Source: Octopus vulgaris
Taxonomy: Eukaryota
DNA: 64,000 nt
NCBI GenBank assembly: GCA_951406725.2
Contig: OX597827.1
Location: 79,298,001-79,362,000 of the forward strand
Direction of reading: 5' to 3'
Below, piece after piece: positions 54,926 through 64,000 of this stretch; the first letter of the stretch is position 1, and each line of letters starts with the position of its first letter. The notes under the pieces were generated by a model. The model was not told the origin of the DNA. It made no database searches and saw nothing but the letters and a program-made list of their open reading frames with translations. A program made the translations under genes and the position numbers.

Positions 54926-57889
54926 CTATGTTGGCTGTAGATAGGTATCTTGTATTTGTTGTCCCCTTAGTATTGTGGCTGCAACTGGATTGTCATTGGT
55001 ATATTCTGCAAAATATCAAATATACAAACACAAATTACATTTCAATATAACAACTCCAATACATAAAGATAGAAACACTGATCTTATATTACACTAAGCA
55101 TAACATTATATATTGTCCTACAGTAATAAAGGCAATTACATTTATATGTTATGTTTTGATAAAAGTTACCTGGTTCTGCAGGTATCTCATCGTATGGTTT
55201 AGTCTTGCCATTACTCTTGCTAGCTTCTCTGTCCTTTTGGGATGTTAAGGTGTCACTGTTGTAAGACATGATGGAACTGGTACGACGATCTTGACTATGG
55301 ATTGAATCGCATCTCTGTTGATTAGAAAACAGAGCTGAGTGAATGCTAAATAGAAGTCTGAAACATTAATATTTGTATTCTAAAGAAGAGTGAATATGAT
55401 TGACTGATAAAATGAAATAAAATATAAAGGCATGCTTTTAAAATGTGATCACAAATATCTAACAAGAAAATTATTTTAAAATATATTTACCTGAGGCACA
55501 GGTGGAAGTCTCCTCTGTGTTGTTGAGAATTTCCACTCATCTGGTGTCTGTTCCATCTCCAGAAAAAACTGACTTTTAGATTTTATTGTCTGAAGATTTC
55601 GGTTAAATATCTCTTCTGCATTTCTCGTTATTGCAACAGGATTGTTAGTCTGATACAGTAATTGTCTCATCTCAGTCTGAGAGAGAAAGTTGGGATTCTC
55701 TGCTGTTGTGGGTGAGTTATTTGTGTGATTAATACATCTGAAAACACACAGTGTTATGGACACTACAATAGCCACAGATAGTATTACAGCTGCTGCTACA
55801 ATGATAATTACCCAAGTCATATTCAGGTCGTGACCAGACTGGAATGGCACAGCAGTCAACATTGGAGATGTATCATTACTAACAAACAGTGTTAGTATGA
55901 TAGCAGTTGTTGCTGATTGAACTGGAGTACCACCGTCTTTCACTATAAACTGCAGCTCATATGTTCCTGCATCATTTTGGTAAACTGTGCGAGAGAAAGA
56001 TAACACACCAGTGTGTGAGTTCACTGTAAACAGGTTTTTATCATTGGATCTCAGTATTCCATATGTGAGGAAAGCATTGTTTCCAGTGTCTTTGTCAGAT
56101 GCTCTCAGAATTGTGATGTCCTTCTTACTGTGTGGATGGTAGTGGACATCGAGATTGTAAGGTCATTATTAGGAAACGTAAAATACGGAGCATTATCATT
56201 TTTATCTAGAATCTCAATAACAATATTGGCAGTGTCATTGAGAGAAGGTGTTCCATTATCTTTCACTAAAACCTTGAACTTATAGATGTCTTTCATTTCT
56301 CGATCTATTGGTTGTGATGTAGAAATAAATCCATATTTTGTCAGTTGGAAAGGAATGTTATCATTGTTGTTATCATTGATGATAGAATATGTAAGTTGGC
56401 CTCCATCTCCAAGATCAGGGTCTGTAGCATTGATGAAGCCAATAGGGAAGTCAACTTTCTGGTTTTCATAGGTGAGGAATTGGAATGTCTCTTTGGTAAA
56501 ATGTGGTTCTACATCATTGACATCAGTTACTTTGACAGAGAAATATTTTTTACTTTCTAGTTGAGGTGACCCCATGTCATGACACACAATAGATACTTTA
56601 TAGTGGTCCCTTATTTCTCTGTCAAGATGGCCCTTAACAATCATTTTATATTCTTTAGAATCTATTTTGGCAAGTTTAAATTTATCATGTTTTAAATCAC
56701 AGATAACCTCACCATTAGGTCCACTATCAGTGTCAGTGACCATAACATAAGCTATAAAACTATCTACTTCACTGTCTTCTGAAACTGCTGCTGAGCTCTC
56801 TGATAAAGGAGATACAAAATCTATATTTATCAATGGAGCAGTATTCTGGTTATTAATAATGTGAATCTGGACTTTGGTTACAGAACTTAAGGGTGGATTT
56901 CCTTCATCCTGTGCTTCAATAAATAATTTATAAGATTGCTTTTTACTAAAATGAAAATTATCATGTAAAAATAGATCTCCAGTTTTCTTATCTAATACAA
57001 AATATTTCTGGATATTTCGAGATGTTTTATGGTTGAAATGGTAAGAAATCTTTCCATTGTGTCCAGAATCTTGATCTGTGGCTTTTAAAGTAAGAATTGG
57101 TAAATGTCTTTGATGTGAATTACTTATAGAGATGTTGTAGAGTTTCTGTGAAAATACAGGTGTGTTATCATTGACATCTGTCACAGATATGTGTACCTTG
57201 AGTGTAGCTGTTTTGGGAGGGTTCCCTCCATCTTTAGCTTCCAGTGTCAACATGTAAGAGTCTTTGAGTTCCCTGTCTAATTTGTCTCCTAACACTAGAG
57301 CTGGTATGAAAACACCATCATATCGCTTTTCAACTGAGAGAGAAAATGGTTCTCTTTTACTTTTCTTAATCATATATGTAATTTGAGAATTCTGTATTGA
57401 AATATCTTGATCAATGGCATTTAAAAGTGAGATTTTAGTACCTTGAAGGTGACTCTCAAGAAATTCAATTTGAACTTCATTCTTTGGGAATTCTGGTGAG
57501 TGGTCATTGATGTCTTCTATTAATATTTTTATCCTTAGAATCTTCATAAAAGTTTTTCCTTTCCTCACTGCTACTTTAACAATTCTGGAACATTCCTTGT
57601 TGTATGTACACAGAGACTCAGCATCCAGTGTTTGAGTAGTGTATAGTTTTCCTGAGTTGGTGACATTAAATAAGTGAGAACCACTCTCGACTGTCCTTTG
57701 TAGTTGTGTAAATGTAATGAGAGTGTGTTGTTGATGTGTGAGAGGGTGTGATAAGTTGGAGTCAACAGCAATGTCTCCTATATAGGTGTGAGGTCTGCCT
57801 TCTTCCTTGACATGGTATGTAATATCTATGGACAGTACAAGGGTGATCAGTAAATGTAGAAGACACAGTAGACCAATATATGCTGTCAT
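54926..57889 (-). CDS. Protocadherin g8, frameshifted as assembled (GGG to GG at 56161-56162); exons 57889-55491, 55314-55170, 55005-54926
   Basis: Full-length homolog, 2399 bp instead of 2400; no other disablement seen. Confidence 0.8.
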
Positions 57890-59492
57890 GTCTGGGATTC
57901 TTCATCACATTTCAGCAGGAGAAATTTCTACAAAACACCAGAAACATTTAAAGTTTATGTATAATTCAACAAATCTAATTTTATTTATAATAATCATTAT
58001 GAAACATATTTCTGTCTGTAAACGTGTTCCATAAGTCCCAACTGTATAGTCTTCTGGGATCTGACAATCTACAGGACAATACATAACGAGAGTTATCTCC
58101 CTCAAATAAACCTCACTCATTTATCTTAAATATTGTGCTGTTTATCTAGTCTCAATGTTTTACATTGTATCTCTCAGAATATTGTCGTTGAATTAAACGT
58201 TAGCAATTAACATGTTTTAGGTTTAATGTTCATAATTTATGAATAGATTAATGTATTTGGAGCTCAATTTAAATTGCCTGTCCTAACACTCTGACTGATT
58301 ACAAAAATCATTTAATAAAAATATCTGCCATCACAATCCTAACGATACAGTTATTTTTCCTGTTCCAAGAACAATTTTGGAATGAACAATGTTTGAACAG
58401 TTATAAGGATTGCTACAGGCTGGAATATAATAACATTTATTCTTAGCTCAGAAAGAACACTTCCACTTTTTCTTTGTCGCCTATTCCCAAGAATCAATAG
58501 GAAAACTCCCATTCAAACTAAGAAATATTCAAAGATGCTATGGACTCATTAAACACACTAACAAAATATGCATATTATTATTATAATCATTATTATTATT
58601 CTCTTCTTCTTCTTCTTCTAACATCAATTTTCCAGGCTAGCATACGTTGGACTGTTTGATATAAGCTGGCAAGCTAGAAGGACTGCATGAAAGCCAGCTG
58701 TCTAGTTTGCCATTGTTTTGATGATTGGATGCCCTTCCTAATGCCAACAACCTTTACGGCGAGTACTGGGACGTTTTATGTGGCACAAGCAAATTCACCA
58801 AGTAACTCGCAAGACATATATGTATGTATATGTGTGTGTATACACACACACTGAGTTTATACATTGTCCTTGAGAACACCTATCCATCTCAACGAAAGTG
58901 GAGCTCTAAGAGTATATCACTCATGTCTCTGCTCTGCACACAATCTGTCCCTGGTAAATCTCTTCTCTCACACAACTTATCTTTTTAACACCCATTTCTC
59001 CTAAAACTCATCTTCCTAACACCCTTCTCTCCATCAGTTTTCTGACTATGCCACTATAAACTCAGCTGCTTCCACTATGAGGGTGGAAGCATACATATTT
59101 CATCACCCCTACTGTCCACCCTCCCTTGAACCACTTCATTTTTCTCATGTATTCTTAATATCATACCGTTTCAAATTATTTTCCACAGAAAGGCTCTTCC
59201 ACCCCCACCCTCTTTCCCCTCTACACGGCCACTTCATTCTGCAAATGGTAACCCTCTTCCTATGACCTAAGATCACCTCCCACCATTTCCTCCTTTATGT
59301 ATTCTTCACTTTGTCCCTGACACTGTGCACCTCTCTTCCACCCAACTTGACCCATCCAATTCCCAACAGCATGTTAAGTGGACAGATGATGATGATAAAG
59401 GTAATATATATTTGTATGGATGCATGCATATAAATATGGACAGGTCTCACATTTTGCTTTTCTGATATTCTCATCCTCACAAATATTTTCTC

Positions 59493-59667
59493 CATCATCA
59501 TCATCATCATCATTTAACGTCCGTTTTCCGTGCTAGCACGGGTTGGATGGTACGACCGGGGTCTGGGAAGCCAGAAGGCTGCACCAGGCTCCAGTCTGAT
59601 CTGGCAGTGTTTCTACAGCCGGATGTCCTTCCTAATGCCAACCACTCCGTGAGTGTAGTGGGTGCTT
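59493..59667 (-). mobile_element. SINE family B
   Basis: (cat)n tail plus body as at 18061. Confidence 0.75.
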
Positions 59668-60094
59668 TAAAAATCAATTGATAAAAATTTCTGCTAAAAC
59701 ATTGTCCAAGCAAATGAATAAATGAATACAGATGTCAGATGAGTCAAATGCCATATAACATTAGTGACTGCCTGTAACATCCAGTCTCCCAGCCCCAGCA
59801 CAATCCTATTTGCTTCAATTCAACAAAACCTTCTGTGAACAGGAAGTGAATATCTTAGACTGATTTCCTTTACTTAACAAGCTCCCTTTAACGGACATTA
59901 ATTAGGAATGAAATAAATCAATAATTCAAGAAATACATCTGTAGCAAGAGTCTCTCAGGACACCACTGAAAGGAGCAACAGACATCAAACCTAGATGGAC
60001 ATAAGTCATGAGAAGGAAACAAGAGAAGGTTAATAGATATGATTTTAGCTATAAAATATCTTGTGATGTTTGATAGTAAAAGACTTCAGTTTCT

Positions 60095-60380
60095 TCATCA
60101 TCATCATCGTTTAACGTCCGTTTTCCATGCTGGTATAAGTTGGACGGTTTGACTGGGGACTGGCAAACCAGGAGGCTGCACCAGGCTCCAATCTGATCTG
60201 GTAATGTTTTTACAGCTGGAAGCCCTTCCTAATGCCAACAACTCCTAGAGTGTAGTGGGTGCTTTTTACATTCCACTGTCATAGGAGCCAGTCAAGCAGC
60301 ACTGGCATCAACCCATGCATGAATGGTGCTTATTGTGTGCCACCAGCATGGGAGCCAGTGAGGCAGTACTGGCATTGGCC
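60095..60380 (-). mobile_element. SINE family B
   Basis: Same body; absent from the homologous g4 intron position (~25860). Confidence 0.75.
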
Positions 60381-61382
60381 ACAACTACAATTTCCCTTTT
60401 GATTTCGATTTGATTGAGATTTTACTTGACTCAATAGGTCTCCTCGAGTTTACAGTTGAAATACTATTTTAGTATTAAATTAAGAGGGGATGTAATGATC
60501 AACACATGTATAAAATTTCATATAATTTCCTGCGTAATTGGAAAACATAAACAAAAATCAAGTGGGAAATGTTAATGACAGTAACAAGAGATAATTTCAA
60601 GAAATTAGGAAATAATCTCTCAATGTTCATTTACATGGTCAAGGCAAGGAATGCTAGCAGTTAAACGATGATGATGATGATATTTTATAAATACAATAAT
60701 AGGGATTATAAAATATTTCATTTTAGATTAATGAGGAAAAAATTATCTATAATTATTAGACAGGGATATTAAGTGAAGTGAAAGAAAAATAATGTAATCC
60801 CCATTCATAAATGTTTTGTAGGTTTTATATCATACTGCTACATATAATATATTTAGCAAATAACAAGAATAATAATGTGATGTATGTTAGTTTGTAGAAA
60901 AAAGATATTATTTCTGATCAATTCTCAAATGAACAACATTCATCTCTTGTTGTCAGAGTTAATATATTTTAACAACACATGACAATATCATCAGTTTATA
61001 TCTTACACTAAATATCTTAAATAACAAATATACACTACATTATATTTATCTTAATAATAGTAATAACAACAACAGCAAAACACTCTTAGTTTATTATAAA
61101 TACAAAGAAATATTTAAAAGTTATTTAACAGAGTATAAGCTGTACTGACATACATTATTAACACTCAGTCTTACGGCTTTCAATCAATGTTTTCTGACAG
61201 TGAAATAAATATATATATACATCTAGTTTGGACTATATTAGACCAATATTACATATAAAATATATCATAGCAATATATATGTATATAGTCTAATATTTCT
61301 TGTTTAATGTGTCTTGTGTGATTCTGACATTAAAAGACGTAATCCAGTTCGAAGTAATTGTATTACAATGACTACTACAGAT

Positions 61383-61537
61383 GTTAATGGTGGAAGTGAT
61401 GGCTAGATCTCTCGGTCCTCCACTGTCCCAGTCCCTGTATATATACAACATGGCAGACATTTTAGATATTATCCTTACCCTGTCTTTCATTAGAAACACA
61501 AATAATATAAATGTTATAATGAATATGAAAAGATAAT

Positions 61538-61579
<42 letters not shown>

Positions 61580-61981
61580 CTGCATTGTTTAATCCTTCAC
61601 TGTAGTTGTGTGTGATGGATGATGTGTATCCTGCTGTAGTGTTCCACTCTAACTGCTGCTGCTGCTGTAGTGGTATTATAGTGGTACTGCTGCTGTTGTA
61701 GTAGTGTTCCTGTGTTACTGCTGCTGCTGCTGATGTTCCTGTGTAACTGCTGATATAATAGTGTGACAGTTGCTGTATGTAGTGGGAGGTGAGATGTTAG
61801 CCAGATGCTGGTGTGTGCTAGTTACAACTCTATGTCCTCCACACACACACACACAATTGTGTGTATGATGAACAAAGAAAAAAGCTATCAGCCTCACTTT
61901 CAATATTGAAAGAAATATAGAAAATCTCTCTCATCCAATAGGAAATTACTGCAATGATGTCTGTGTCACACAAACACATCA
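61383..61981 (-). promoter_or_regulatory. g8 conserved promoter/first-exon cassette (CCAAT 61935-61939; donor 61580/61579)
   Basis: Near-identical to the g1 cassette. Confidence 0.75.
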
Positions 61982-62883
61982 AATAAGAGAAGTCATGTTA
62001 AACAGAAGCAAACTTCACTTTTTCTATTTAATAAAAACACTACATTACATATCTAATGTTAGGAAATAAGAGATTTGTATTAAGATATGAGATTTATAAT
62101 ATTTCTTGATATTTAATGAGTTATTATTAACTTCACTATAAGAATACATATTCAGGATTTCTATCAGAAACAAATTGATTTCAGACTAAGTCACCAAAGA
62201 TTTCATTTTTTAAGAAGTTTACATGATTAGAGGAACTGTAAAGAAAGTGAATCAAGAGGAATTACAATATTTTCAAATTAAAAAATTAAAACAAGTTTTT
62301 TTCTTATAATTTCTACATTATACTTAATAAAATATAGAACTTTCGGAATTTCTAAGTTGGTAGTTTTAATATGTTACTAATATACATGACTACTTTATTG
62401 GAATTTGTGTGAATCAACACTTATCTATGTATAATGATATCAATTAGTAAAATTTAAAATAAACTGAATATAAAAAGAAAAAAACAGATGGGAACAAAAG
62501 ACAAAATGTCAATAAAGTAAATCAATGGTAGAATCTAGTATGATACTAATTGATGGTAGATTTGGTATCGAACTAAAAGATACTATACCTACAATTTCTA
62601 GGATAAATCAGATTATTTTATGTTTAATAAAATGAGTACACTAAAACTGAGAGTAAAATAACTATTTTATAAGAACATAGTATGTTAATATAAAGTAGGG
62701 TGTTTTGTAATATTTAATTTACCTCAGATGGAAATTAGGAGGTCATAATAGATGCCACTGTAAGGCCCTTTATGTGTGTGATGGGTGAAAGAAACATAGA
62801 GTTGATATTTTTATATGAATATAAAGTATTGTATAAGATTTGGTGTGTGAGAGAATCATTTAACAATAGTCATGGGACATCTA

Positions 62884-63272
62884 CTATGTTGGCTGTAGAT
62901 AGGTATCTTGTATTTGTTGTCCCTTTAGTATTGTGGCTGCAACTGGATTGTCATTGGTATATTCTGCAAAATATCAAATATACAAACACAAATTACATTT
63001 CAATATAACAACGCCAATACATAAACATAGAAACATTGATCTTATATTACACTAAGCATAACATTATGTATTGTCCTACAGCAATAAAGGCAATTACATT
63101 TATATGTTATGTTTTGATAAAAGTTACCTGGTTCTGCAGGTATCTCATCATATGGTTTAGTCTTGCCGTTACTCTTGCTAGCTTCTCTGTCCTTTTGGGA
63201 TGTTAAGGTGTCACTGTTGTAAGACATAATGGAACTGGTGCGACGTTCTTGACTATGGATTGAATCACATCT
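62884..63272 (-). CDS. 3' exons of a ninth protocadherin (63272-63128, 62963-62884); large exon lies beyond the window end
   Basis: Same exon 3 and exon 4 sequence and splice sites; the window ends in ...ataatatt, the sequence that precedes the exon-2 donor in other units. Confidence 0.88.
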
Positions 63273-64000
63273 CTGTTGATTAGAAAACAGAGTGAAACAT
63301 AATGTTAAAAAGAGAAAAATATCTACATTTGCATTCTAGTATATTCCCTGTGTTATAGAAAAAAGGAACATTTTATTTTTCAAAATAAAAAATATTATAA
63401 TTAAATATTTTCTTATTTAATTAAAATGCATTAGAGTCAAAAATAAATCATAACAAATGTATAGGTTAGATATTAATGCACAAATTTTAAATATATCTAT
63501 TTGGTTAAGTATAAAATGAAGAAAAAATCATTGAATCTTTCACAAAATAAATGCAGTATATTTTTGTAATAAATCACTTAAATGTACAAAATACACGAAA
63601 TGGAATATAATATGTAACAAATACAAGGTTCGGCTGAACACTTCGTAGGCTCAACAAGATCCTCATATAGAATGTGACCAAACAAGGTTTATTTTGCAAC
63701 AAAATCACAGAAAAAGGGATCTTGCATTAATACAGGGTTAGATCACTCCTAATGAAACAGTCTTTATATTAAGAGTATTGTATTTCTATAATAAGCATTG
63801 TGACCGCTTTGCTATCACTAAATAAAGAATAATTAATTCAGAATGTCAAAATAAACTATGACGTTTGATTATTAAAAATAATACATGTACATTAGAATCT
63901 GAAGTTGATATTTTATAGAAATATTTGAACATACATCACTAATGGAAAGAATACTCTTGTATTTAAAATCAAAAGGATATCAAAAACATAAGATAATATT

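Noticed and set aside
1-64000. CRISPR-like or prokaryotic interpretation of the regular repeats; vertebrate-type shared constant exons
   Set aside because: The repeats are kb-scale intron-containing gene units, and each unit has its own terminal exons and stop codon.

Overview
AT-rich eukaryotic genomic DNA, most likely an octopus or other coleoid cephalopod (inferred from the protocadherin family, SINE types and microsatellite load). The whole window is a head-to-tail tandem array of protocadherin genes on the minus strand: 8 complete units (g1-g8, numbered by coordinate) plus the 3' exons of a 9th, with a period of about 6-9 kb. I infer the same 4-exon structure for each unit from GT-AG sites and frame: (1) a near-invariant CCAAT promoter and CAG-rich first exon; (2) a 1.9-5.2 kb TE-filled intron; (3) one 2.4 kb exon encoding signal peptide, 6 cadherin repeats, TM and the proximal cytoplasmic part; (4) a 145-bp exon and a last exon ending ...YLQPT*. 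Products are about 873-874 aa. g7 and g8 each carry a single 1-bp homopolymer deletion. Main observations: paralogs are homogenised except in patches from late EC1 to early EC4; an EC1 patch and an EC4 patch co-vary with a charge swap and assort independently of co-varying EC2/EC3 patches, suggesting a combinatorial recognition code; a spliced uORF ends in an ATGA stop-start overlap in every gene; and an invariant regulatory cassette is repeated in every unit. All comparisons were made by eye, with no alignments or database searches.
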